Of a stretch of DNA of 64,000 nt, positions 50,152 to 58,993 are shown in pieces. Each line of letters opens with the position of its first letter. Positions within the stretch are counted from its first letter, which is position 1. A program made the position numbers and the translations under genes. The stretch lies in the NCBI GenBank assembly GCA_041576165.1, contig JBFGLM010000020.1, positions 1 to 64,000 on the forward strand, written 5' to 3'. Below the pieces are notes generated by a model. It was not told the DNA's origin, did not search any database, and was given only the letters and a program-made list of their open reading frames with translations. This DNA comes from Acidimicrobiia bacterium (GTDB taxonomy: Bacteria; Actinomycetota; Acidimicrobiia; Spongiisociales; Spongiisociaceae).

Positions 50152-52869
50152 GTGACGAGCATCCAGGCGACCCGTCATGACCGATCGTGGTGGGCCGAAG
50201 AAACTCAGGCCGTCGTGGATGAACTCGCGACTGACCGCGACACGGGGCTTTCGGCGGTTACTGCTCGGAGTCGGTTCGAGGAATACGGACCCAACGAACT
50301 CGGTGCCGAACCGGTCCGACCGCCGTTGTTCATCTTTGGATCGCAATTCGCCAACACAATGATCGTCGTCCTGCTGATTGCAGCGGTGATCACGCTGGTC
50401 ATCGGCGAAGTCAAAGACGCCATCGTGATTGGAGCGATCCTCACGCTGAACGCGGTTATCGGGTTCGTGCAGGAGTACCGGGCCGAGCAGGCCATGGCTG
50501 CGCTGCGCACCATGGCTGCCGCCACTGCCAGAGTCGTGCGGGGCGGGGTCGAGTCCACGATTGCCGCTGCCGAGCTCGTTCCCGGGGACCTCGTCATCGT
50601 CGAGGCCGGCGACGTGGTTCCTGCCGACGTGCGGTTGTTGGAGTGCCCGAACCTGCGGGTCAACGAAGCTCCGCTCACCGGAGAGTCGGTACCGGTGGAC
50701 AAAGCACCCGAGCCCATCTCCAAGGACGCCGGGGAGTTGGTTGCCGACCGGCGCAACATGGTTTTCAAAGGGACGTCCGTGGTCTACGGGCGCGGCGTTG
50801 GTGTCGTGGTCGCCACCGGCATGGACACTGCGCTCGGTCGCATTGCCGGGTTGCTCAAGGCACACCAAGCACCCCGGACGCCGTTGCAGCGGCGTTTGGC
50901 GGTGCTGGGGCGATGGTTGGCAGCCGCCGCACTCATTGTTTGCGTCGTTGTGTTCTCGGTGGGGGTTCTGCGGGGCCAGGACGTGACCTTGATGTTCTTG
51001 ACGGCCGTGAGTCTGGCTGTCGCTGCCATACCCGAGGCGCTGCCGGCCGTCGTGACGATATCCCTGGCGTTGGGGGCCCAGCGGATGGTCAGTCAGAACG
51101 CGCTCATCCGCAAGCTGCCGGCAGTCGAAACCCTCGGATCGGTAACAGTGATTTGTTCGGACAAGACCGGGACGCTGACGCAAGGACGGATGCTGGTCGA
51201 GCGGGTGTGGACACTCGACGGCGAGCTGGGAGTGACCGGCAACGGCTACGAGCCAAGTGGCTTGATAACCCGGGGCGGTGAACCCGTCCAGGTTGTACCG
51301 GACAGTCCGTCCGGACGGCTCCTACTGGCCGGCGCGCTGTGCAACGACGCCTCGCTGGTGGCGCCGTCCCAAGCGGGAGGCGATTGGGAGACCGCCGGTG
51401 ATCCAACCGAGGGAGCGTTGCTGGCGCTGGCCGCCAAAGGGGGGTTCGACGCCGACGCGGTGCGGCGTACAGCTCCTCGGGCCGCCGAGGTGCCGTTCGA
51501 TTCGGCTCGCAAGCTAATGGTGACGCTGCACCGGGATCCGTCGAGCCAGGGCCTCATTGCGGCCAAGGGAGCGGTCGAGGCGGTCGTGGCAGCGGCCGGC
51601 TCGGTCGCCGCAACAGCGGGGGACCAGCCCTTGACCGATGGGGTGCGTGACCGGTTCCTGGAACGGGCGACCGCTTACGCAGGTGAGGGCTATCGGGTGC
51701 TCGCCCTGGCCGGGCGCTTCACCTCCGATGGCGGCATACTCGACCTGGCGGACACGGACCTGAAGCTGGTTCTGTACGGGCTCGTGGCGATGGCGGACCC
51801 GCCCCGCCCGGAGTCTGCGGCGGCAGTTGCAGCGTGCAAGTCGGCCGGCATAACGCCGGTCATGATCACCGGTGATCATCCGGCTACGGGTGAAGCGATC
51901 GCAAACCGGCTCGGGATTCTCGACGGACGGCAGGTCGTGACTGGTACCCGACTCGTCGCCGGACTTGATGCCGACCTCGCCGAGCGTGTCGATCGGATCG
52001 GTGTCTACGCCCGCACCTCTCCTGAACAGAAGCTGGACATTGTTCAGGCCTGGAAGGCGCGCGGCGATGTGGTGGCCATGACGGGGGACGGCGTAAACGA
52101 CGCTCCCTCGTTGCGAGCGGCCGACATCGGGGTGGCGATGGGTGTTGCCGGCACCGAGGTCTCCAAGGAGGCGGCCGACATGGTGCTCATCGATGACAAC
52201 TTTGCCACCATCGTCGCCGCGGTCGGCGAAGGACGTCGCATCTACGACAATATCCGGCGTTTCGTCCGATACACCTTGACCTCCAACTCGGGTGAGATCT
52301 GGGTGATGTTCCTTGGGCCTTTTGTCGGGTTGTCTTTACCGCTACTTCCCGTTCACATCCTGTGGATCAATCTTGTCACCGACGGCCTTCCCGGGCTCGC
52401 ATTGGGGGTCGAGCCTGCCGAACGCGACGTAATGCACCGCCCGCCGCGTCCCCCGACCCAGAGCATCTTTGCGCACGGCTTGTGGCAGCACGTGCTGCTG
52501 GTCGGTTTGTTGATGGGCGTGATTCCGCTCGGCCTGGGCATTTGGGGCTCTGCCACGGGCCGGCCGTGGCAGACCATGGTGTTCACCTCGCTGGCGCTCC
52601 TCCAGCTGGGCCACGCTCTGGCCGTGCGGTCCGAAACTGAGTCGCTGCGGTCGCAGAAGCTGACCACCAATCTGGCCTTGCTGGGAGCGGTGGCGGGCAC
52701 GCTCCTCTTGCAACTGATCGTTGTGTACTGGTCGCCGCTGCAAAACCTCCTCCGCACCGATCCTTTGAGTCTCCTGGAACTGGGTGTTGTCCTGATCTCC
52801 TCCACCCTGGTGTTTTGGGCGGTTGAGCTCGAAAAAGCCGTCCGGCGTCGGGCCCGGCCGAAGGCGTAG
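50152..52869 (+). CDS. P2-type cation-transporting ATPase (Ca2+/Mn2+; CtpF/YoaB-like)
   Basis: TGES; IPEAL; DKTGTLT; GDPTE; MITGD; TGDGVND; WINLVTD. Confidence 0.95.
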   Translation: MTSIQATRHDRSWWAEETQAVVDELATDRDTGLSAVTARSRFEEYGPNELGAEPVRPPLFIFGSQFANTMIVVLLIAAVITLVIGEVKDAIVIGAILTLNAVIGFVQEYRAEQAMAALRTMAAATARVVRGGVESTIAAAELVPGDLVIVEAGDVVPADVRLLECPNLRVNEAPLTGESVPVDKAPEPISKDAGELVADRRNMVFKGTSVVYGRGVGVVVATGMDTALGRIAGLLKAHQAPRTPLQRRLAVLGRWLAAAALIVCVVVFSVGVLRGQDVTLMFLTAVSLAVAAIPEALPAVVTISLALGAQRMVSQNALIRKLPAVETLGSVTVICSDKTGTLTQGRMLVERVWTLDGELGVTGNGYEPSGLITRGGEPVQVVPDSPSGRLLLAGALCNDASLVAPSQAGGDWETAGDPTEGALLALAAKGGFDADAVRRTAPRAAEVPFDSARKLMVTLHRDPSSQGLIAAKGAVEAVVAAAGSVAATAGDQPLTDGVRDRFLERATAYAGEGYRVLALAGRFTSDGGILDLADTDLKLVLYGLVAMADPPRPESAAAVAACKSAGITPVMITGDHPATGEAIANRLGILDGRQVVTGTRLVAGLDADLAERVDRIGVYARTSPEQKLDIVQAWKARGDVVAMTGDGVNDAPSLRAADIGVAMGVAGTEVSKEAADMVLIDDNFATIVAAVGEGRRIYDNIRRFVRYTLTSNSGEIWVMFLGPFVGLSLPLLPVHILWINLVTDGLPGLALGVEPAERDVMHRPPRPPTQSIFAHGLWQHVLLVGLLMGVIPLGLGIWGSATGRPWQTMVFTSLALLQLGHALAVRSETESLRSQKLTTNLALLGAVAGTLLLQLIVVYWSPLQNLLRTDPLSLLELGVVLISSTLVFWAVELEKAVRRRARPKA

Positions 52870-52959
52870 GAGCGCCAGCTCGCCCAGCGGAACGGGCGTA
52901 CGATGTTCACCACCTCGCCCGGGATGTGGCTCTGAGTCAGCGCGGGGCTCGGAGGGATG

Positions 52960-53317
52960 GCGTCGCTGGCTACAACAGGAGGCCCGGACAGGACAGGAGG
53001 CGGATGAAGAACGGTCGACCCGCGACCGTCTCCGGAACGACCTCGACTTCCAGGAGAGCAACCGGGCCCGCGTGGAGCGCTTCGGGGACGAGGCGCCCGT
53101 CGATTCCAACGTCGTCACCACAGAGGATGCGCAACGGCTCGCCGCACAAACCGCGGCGGCGGTGCAAGGCACGGAACTTGGGGTCGCAGAGGCTGAGGCC
53201 CGAGAGAACCAGGCCCGTTCGCGGCTCGAGCTAGCTGACGAGCGCATGCGATCGGCCCGCCGGACCGATGAGGAGTGCAGCAAACGCTCCTCGAGCAATA
53301 CAAAGCCGACTGCATAG
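52960..53317 (+). other. Coiled-coil coding-like fragment with no clear start
   Basis: Charged helical text in ORF 52823-53317. Confidence 0.3.
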
Positions 53318-53387
53318 CGGGTCGGTAGGCCGTCGGCAGCCAGTCGGGCCGGATCGCGACACGCATAGCCGGATCGAACCCGATAGC

Positions 53388-54206
53388 GTGAGGTCCGTGA
53401 CTGGAATCCAGCGGGATGCCCGGGATCGCAGCCTGGCGCCACCTTTAGCCGACGTTGACCTGACGCCAAAGCTCAAGAAGTCGGACGAGCTCGAGCGGCT
53501 CAGGCTGGCGCAGGATCGTCTGCACCAATTGCGGCTCCAATGCGGTGGGAAGCTGGGCGGCGGGGCGCTGGGACCGCCGGTCACTTTCGTATTCGAGGGA
53601 TGGGACGCAGCCGGGAAGGGGGGCGCGATCAAGCGGCTGGTCGCCCGGATGGATCCCCGACATTTTCGGGTCGTCCAGTACGGGGCGCCCACCGCCGACG
53701 AGCTGCGCCACCACTGGCTGACCCGCTTCTGGCCTCAGCTACCGGGATGGGGTGGTATGGCCATATACGACCGATCGTGGTACGGCCGAGTCCTGGTCGA
53801 GCGTGTCGAAGGTTATGCCAGCGATGAGCAGTGGGAGCGGGCGTACAACGAGATCCGGGACTTCGAGCGGACCCTGCATTCCGAGGGGATGGTGTTGATC
53901 AAGTACTGGTTGCATATCTCTCACGAGGAGCAGTTCCGCCGGTTCGAAGCCCGCCGGCAGAACCCACTCAAGTCGTACAAGCTCACAGAAGAAGATTGGC
54001 GCAACCGAGCGAAACGCCACTACTACGAGAAGGCCATCGAAGAGATGTTCAAAGAGACATCGATCCCTGAAGCGCCGTGGATCGTCGTACCGGCCGAAAA
54101 CAAACGTTACGCCCGTGCGTTCGTGCTGGAACAAGCGATTGAGATGATGGAGGCCGGGATGCGGCGCCACGGCCTCGACCCGCTGCCGCTGCTCCGACGC
54201 GACTGA
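53388..54206 (+). CDS. ppk2: Polyphosphate kinase 2 family protein
   Basis: FEGWDAAGKGGAIKR; DRSWYGRVLVERVEG; KLTEEDWRNR. Confidence 0.93.
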   Translation: MRSVTGIQRDARDRSLAPPLADVDLTPKLKKSDELERLRLAQDRLHQLRLQCGGKLGGGALGPPVTFVFEGWDAAGKGGAIKRLVARMDPRHFRVVQYGAPTADELRHHWLTRFWPQLPGWGGMAIYDRSWYGRVLVERVEGYASDEQWERAYNEIRDFERTLHSEGMVLIKYWLHISHEEQFRRFEARRQNPLKSYKLTEEDWRNRAKRHYYEKAIEEMFKETSIPEAPWIVVPAENKRYARAFVLEQAIEMMEAGMRRHGLDPLPLLRRD

Positions 54207-54218
54207 CCGAATGTCGGG

Positions 54219-54740
54219 TCAGGGGAGCCCGGCGATGTACGTGACGAGGCCGTCGATCTCTGCGTCGCTCAGGGTAGAGGTGTAATTTGACGGCATGATG
54301 CCGCTATTGAACCCGCTGGCGACCGACGCGTTCGGGTCGACGATCGACTCGCGCAGGTAGGCCTCGTCGATCGTGCGTCCGTCGGGCGCCGTGGAGCCGA
54401 ACAAGCCGGCCCAGGTGGGCCCCACCCGTTCGCTTCCATCAATCGAGTGGCACGCAAGACATCCCACGTTCTGAGCGATCGTGGCACCGTCGACGTCGAG
54501 GTTCGCTGCGCCCTCGTCGGCGGCCGGGGCCGACTCTGACGCCGCGGGCATCATCGGCATCATCGTATCGGGCCTGTGCGAGGCCTCGCGCGACACCAGG
54601 ACCAGAAACAGGAGGCCCAACACTGCGAAGAAGCCTGCCAGGACTCCGATTCCGAACAGCGCACCACGTGGCGGGGGCTGGAGCGTATCCGGATCCGCGT
54701 GAATCTCGTCTGCTTGGTGCATGGTGGCAGTTGACGACAT
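54219..54740 (-). CDS. Membrane-anchored monoheme cytochrome c
   Basis: One TM helix; CLACH; GPTWAGL; YLRESIVDP; IMP axial Met. Confidence 0.88.
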   Translation of the reverse strand: MSSTATMHQADEIHADPDTLQPPPRGALFGIGVLAGFFAVLGLLFLVLVSREASHRPDTMMPMMPAASESAPAADEGAANLDVDGATIAQNVGCLACHSIDGSERVGPTWAGLFGSTAPDGRTIDEAYLRESIVDPNASVASGFNSGIMPSNYTSTLSDAEIDGLVTYIAGLP

Positions 54741-54850
54741 CCCGGTGACCGAGGACCAGGGCAGCAACGTCCATCAGGCCGGGCCGAATGACCCTAAAAA
54801 GCCCGGCCGTGCGTGCGGATCATGGGTCAACCCGATTAGAGGATGACGAG

Positions 54851-55405
54851 GTGGCCCCACTCACGCGACGCGAATTCCTGTTCCTTGGCGTAGCGACCGG
54901 AGCGACTGCCGCGGTAGGCGTCGTGCTTCCGATCATGCGCACGGTCGAGGGAGAACCGGTGGCCACTTCGCAGCCGGCGCTGGTCGGCCTGTTCCCGCGC
55001 CAGTCCGTGGCGAAGGTGTCGGACCTGATGCCGGGCGAGCCGGTGCTGTTTGACTATCCGCTCGCTGGTCAGGCGAACATGCTCGTCAAGTTGGGAACGC
55101 CGGTCGCTACCGGAGCAGGGGCGGACGGTGATCTGGTGGCGTTCTCACGCATCTGCACCCACATGGGTTGTGTGATCGACGAATACCGGGCGGACGTCAA
55201 TGTGCTGGGACCCTGCCCGTGCCACTTCTCGACATTCGACTTTGCCCACAATGGCCAGGTCGTGCTGGGGCAGGCCACGCAGAACCTGCCGCAGGTTTTG
55301 CTCGAGATCGATGGAGACGACATCTACGCGGTCGGCGTCGTCCGGTTGATCTACGGGTTCAATGATCCGCTCGTCAGTGCCGAACAGCTGGAGGTGGTCT
55401 CGTGA
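54851..55405 (+). CDS. AioB/IdrB-like Rieske [2Fe-2S] small subunit with Tat signal
   Basis: TRREFL; CTHMGC; GPCPCHFSTFD; GQATQNLPQV. Confidence 0.9.
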   Translation: MAPLTRREFLFLGVATGATAAVGVVLPIMRTVEGEPVATSQPALVGLFPRQSVAKVSDLMPGEPVLFDYPLAGQANMLVKLGTPVATGAGADGDLVAFSRICTHMGCVIDEYRADVNVLGPCPCHFSTFDFAHNGQVVLGQATQNLPQVLLEIDGDDIYAVGVVRLIYGFNDPLVSAEQLEVVS

Positions 55406-57882
55406 CGCAAGCGCTCCCTGCCAACGTACCGCTGCCGCCCCCCGACGCTGAACAGCGCATCATTTGCTGCGAGTACTGCCCGGTGGCGTGCGGTTACCAG
55501 GTCTACATCTGGCCGCTCGACCGCGAGGGTGGGCCGGCCGCAGCCGACAACGCTCTCGGCGTTGACTTCCCGACGGCGCCGCTCAGCGGCCGCTGGCCGT
55601 CTCAGAACATGCACACCGTGGCCGAGGTCGACGGGGAGATGCGCAACGTGCTCATCATGCCCGATGCCGACATCCAGGCCGTGAACGTTGGAGGCACGCA
55701 CTCGGTGCGAGGCGGCGCCCTCGCCAAGAAGCTGTACAACCCGGGAAGCCTCACCGGCGATCGCTACCTGCGACCCATGTTGCGGGTCCGGGGGGACCTG
55801 GTTCCAATTTCCTGGGACGTGGCCATTGACCTCGTCGCAAAGCTGTCTCGCCATGTAGTGGACAACTACGGCGAGCTGGCGTGGGGTATGAAGATCTACT
55901 CGTATCAGTTCTTCGAAAACACCTACGCGGCATCGAAGCTGGCTTTACTCAACATCGGGACACCCAACTTCTCGCCCCACCATGCCCCGGCCGAGGGCGA
56001 CGACGTGCCCGGCCTGTCAGACACCGGTATCGACGCATTCGGCTCCTCGTTCGAAGACGACAGAGCGGCTGACGTGCTGTTCATCGCGGGCTCCGACCCG
56101 TACGAGACCAAGACCGTGCGGTTCACGACGTGGCAACAGCCCGGGGGCGCGACCATCATCTACGTCGATCCCCGCAAGACGTTCACTGCCGCCTATGCGG
56201 AGGCTCACGGCGGCCTGCACCTGCAGCTGCTACCCGGCACCGACACGGCGCTGTACAACGCCATCGTGCGGGAGATCATCGCCCAGGGTTGGGAGGACGA
56301 AGAGTTCGTTTCTCAGTACACGGCTTCGCGGGCCGACCTGGACGCTGAGGACGGCTGGCGCCGACAGCTGTTCGGCCTGACGTTCGATGAGCTGCGGGAA
56401 TACCTCTTCTCGCACGCCGACTTCACCCTCGAGGGCGCCGAGAGGGAAACCGGAGTGCCGGCCGACAAGATCCGGCGAGCGGCGGAGCTGATGACGGGTG
56501 GCGGCGGAGACCGGCCGAAGACGACGATCCTTTTCGAGAAGGGTGTGTACTGGTCGCACAACTACGAGAACACCGCCGCGATCGGCAATCTGGGCGTCGT
56601 GACGGGTTCTGTCGGGCGCGAAGGTCGGGCGATCAGCCGCATGGGTGGTCATCAGCGCGGAGGCATGAAGGCCGCCGGCTATCCCAAGGACAAGTCGCCC
56701 GACGAATACCAGGGCAACAAGATCGAGATGGACACCGAGCGGTGGTTCGTGCAAGGAAACACCCGCTTGCGCTGGATTGTCGGCACGAATTGGCTGGGGG
56801 CGATGGGCGCCACCCAGGCGCTGGTCGATGTCACCCGCCGTCTGACCTCGATTGGCCCCGTCGTGCCGTCGACCGACCCTGATCGGGCCTTCGAAGCCCT
56901 CAAGGCCCGTATCGACCAAGGCGGCACGGTCATCGTCCATCAGGAGATATATCCCAACGATTCGACGCCCTATGCCGACATCATTCTGGCCGCCGGCGGA
57001 TGGGGAGAGGACAACTACACACGCAACAACGCGGAGCGCCGGCTGCGGCTATACGAGAAGATCGCCGATCCTCCTGGTGAGGCCAAGCCGGACTGGCAGA
57101 TCTTTGCCGAAGTGGGTCGCAAGATGGGCTACGACGGGTTCGATTGGGCCGACACCAACGAGATCTTCGAGGAGACGGCTCCGTTTGCGTCGGGCCGCAA
57201 GGACTACACGGCGCTCATCGAAAAGGCGCAAGCGGACGGGGTTCGTGCCCACGATCTGCTCAAGACATACGGCAACACCGGCATCCAGACGCCGCTCACC
57301 CTCGAGGGCGGAGAGCTGGTCGGCACGCCTCGGCTGCACGCCGATCTGGCTTTCAAGACCAACTCGGGCAAGGCCAACTTCGTGCGGGCCGACTGGGATG
57401 ACGTGAAAGCGCGCAATGCGATGCTGGCGCCGTCCGGCGATGAGCTATGGGTGACGAACGGGCGGGTCAATGAATTGTGGAACAACTTGTTCGATCACGC
57501 CCGCCGCGAGATCTCGAACGAGCGCTTCCCAGTCAACTTCCTCGAGATCTCGGAGAACGACGCAGCCGCCCGGGGCGTCGTGTCGGGTGATTTGCTCTCG
57601 ATCGAGTCGGACGGAGTGCTTGATCAGCTAGGCCAACCAACGACGGGCTCGTTCACGGCCGTTGCATACGTCAGCCCGCTGGTTCCGGACGGCGTGACGT
57701 TCACGTACTTCCTGTTCCCCGGCCAGCCGTCCAACACTGTGACGCCCGCCGATACCAGCCTGCAGCCGATCAATCTGCGTTACAACTTCAAGCTCGGCAA
57801 GGGTCGGGTCTCCAAGATCGGATCCACCCGGCTCACCGAGACGATGTCCTTCGCTCCTCGGAATCTGGTACCAGGAGTGTGA
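55402..57882 (+). CDS. AioA/IdrA-family molybdopterin large subunit with [3Fe-4S] cluster
   Basis: CEYCPVACGY (CX2CX3C) plus HSVRGG; YSYQFFENTYA; DPYETKT; EKG; RMGGHQRG; NGRVNE. Confidence 0.9.
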   Translation: MTQALPANVPLPPPDAEQRIICCEYCPVACGYQVYIWPLDREGGPAAADNALGVDFPTAPLSGRWPSQNMHTVAEVDGEMRNVLIMPDADIQAVNVGGTHSVRGGALAKKLYNPGSLTGDRYLRPMLRVRGDLVPISWDVAIDLVAKLSRHVVDNYGELAWGMKIYSYQFFENTYAASKLALLNIGTPNFSPHHAPAEGDDVPGLSDTGIDAFGSSFEDDRAADVLFIAGSDPYETKTVRFTTWQQPGGATIIYVDPRKTFTAAYAEAHGGLHLQLLPGTDTALYNAIVREIIAQGWEDEEFVSQYTASRADLDAEDGWRRQLFGLTFDELREYLFSHADFTLEGAERETGVPADKIRRAAELMTGGGGDRPKTTILFEKGVYWSHNYENTAAIGNLGVVTGSVGREGRAISRMGGHQRGGMKAAGYPKDKSPDEYQGNKIEMDTERWFVQGNTRLRWIVGTNWLGAMGATQALVDVTRRLTSIGPVVPSTDPDRAFEALKARIDQGGTVIVHQEIYPNDSTPYADIILAAGGWGEDNYTRNNAERRLRLYEKIADPPGEAKPDWQIFAEVGRKMGYDGFDWADTNEIFEETAPFASGRKDYTALIEKAQADGVRAHDLLKTYGNTGIQTPLTLEGGELVGTPRLHADLAFKTNSGKANFVRADWDDVKARNAMLAPSGDELWVTNGRVNELWNNLFDHARREISNERFPVNFLEISENDAAARGVVSGDLLSIESDGVLDQLGQPTTGSFTAVAYVSPLVPDGVTFTYFLFPGQPSNTVTPADTSLQPINLRYNFKLGKGRVSKIGSTRLTETMSFAPRNLVPGV

Positions 57883-57916
57883 TGGGCGGTCGGCCGCGTC
57901 TCGGGCAGGGCAGCTG

Positions 57917-58378
57917 ATGCCTCGGGCCGCCGTGAGCGCCCGGATGGAGCACAGGTATCGAGCGGTGAGACGCTGCTTGGAGGAGCCACCAGATGATCTG
58001 TGGGTCGCGCCCGGCGAGAACGTACCGATCATGCGTGCTTCGTTGCCGACCGGGATTGAGATCCACCACGAAGTGGACGTAGAGATGGGTGCTTTCTATG
58101 AGTTGACCGAGCCGATCAAGATGTGTGGTCGGGATGTGGTGATACATGCTCACGGCCATGAACGTCTGTATCCCCGCTTCACCGGTTCGCTCGAGGCATA
58201 CCCGACCAGGCGGGCCACCCAGCTGGAGCTGGCTGGAACATACGAAATCCCCACCGGCGCGCCCGGGGTCATAGTTGACCACGTCCTCCTCGGACATCTC
58301 GCAGAGGCAACCCTCGCCGACTTGTTCGGCGTGGTAATGAGCAAAGTCAGCCAGTGCGCCGGTGTGGTCGAAGCATGA
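57917..58378 (+). CDS. Conserved actinobacterial hypothetical protein (SRPBCC-like)
   Basis: LYPRFTGSLE...TQLELAGTY.IP.G..G..VD...HLAEAT pattern. Confidence 0.55.
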   Translation: MPRAAVSARMEHRYRAVRRCLEEPPDDLWVAPGENVPIMRASLPTGIEIHHEVDVEMGAFYELTEPIKMCGRDVVIHAHGHERLYPRFTGSLEAYPTRRATQLELAGTYEIPTGAPGVIVDHVLLGHLAEATLADLFGVVMSKVSQCAGVVEA

Positions 58379-58526
58379 GGCATGCAGCCGACGGCTCTGA
58401 GGAGCTCCGCGTCTGAGCGTCTGCCAGCCCGCGGCACGGGTTCCGGGGAGCCGGGTGACGGCCTGTCGCGCCGTCCGGACCGAGAAGCCTGAAGCGGGGC
58501 GGCAGGCAACGGCGTATCGTTCGGGG

Positions 58527-58880
58527 ATGGATGTTGACTATCCCGGCTTCGGGACGATCGTCATAGACGGCAGCATGTTCGATCACGATGTTGTGATAGA
58601 AGGTGGCGTCGTGCGTCCCCGGGACAAGGGCCCGTCGAAGGGCCTCAAGGCCCGATTCGGGCACACTCCGCTGACGGCGGCGGAGGACATCCCGTGGTCG
58701 AAACCCCAGCTAGTCATCGGCTCGGGTTACTCGGGTCGGCTCCCCGTTGGTCCCGACGTCGAGGTCGCTGCGGCAGATCACGGCGTCGAACTGATAGTCG
58801 TGCCGACCGCTGACGCCTGCTCCCTGCTACGCGCAAGGACACCTTCGGACGTGAACGCCATCCTGCACGTCACCTGCTGA
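58527..58880 (+). CDS. Mth938-like domain protein
   Basis: FGTIVIDG..FDHDVVI; LVIGSG; PTADAC; LHVTC. Confidence 0.85.
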   Translation: MDVDYPGFGTIVIDGSMFDHDVVIEGGVVRPRDKGPSKGLKARFGHTPLTAAEDIPWSKPQLVIGSGYSGRLPVGPDVEVAAADHGVELIVVPTADACSLLRARTPSDVNAILHVTC

Positions 58881-58993
58881 CCGCCAGGGAGATTCCTCGA
58901 GCCGACACAGTGGCGAGCGCGGTCGTCGCCGGGCCGCGCTTGACCGGTTGGTCGCCTGCTCAGCGATCGACGCCTCTCGCTTGGGGGAGGGGG

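Noticed and set aside
55402-57882. Gene symbol aioA or idrA
   Set aside because: Motifs and gene order conflict with both canonical systems, so the gene is left unnamed.
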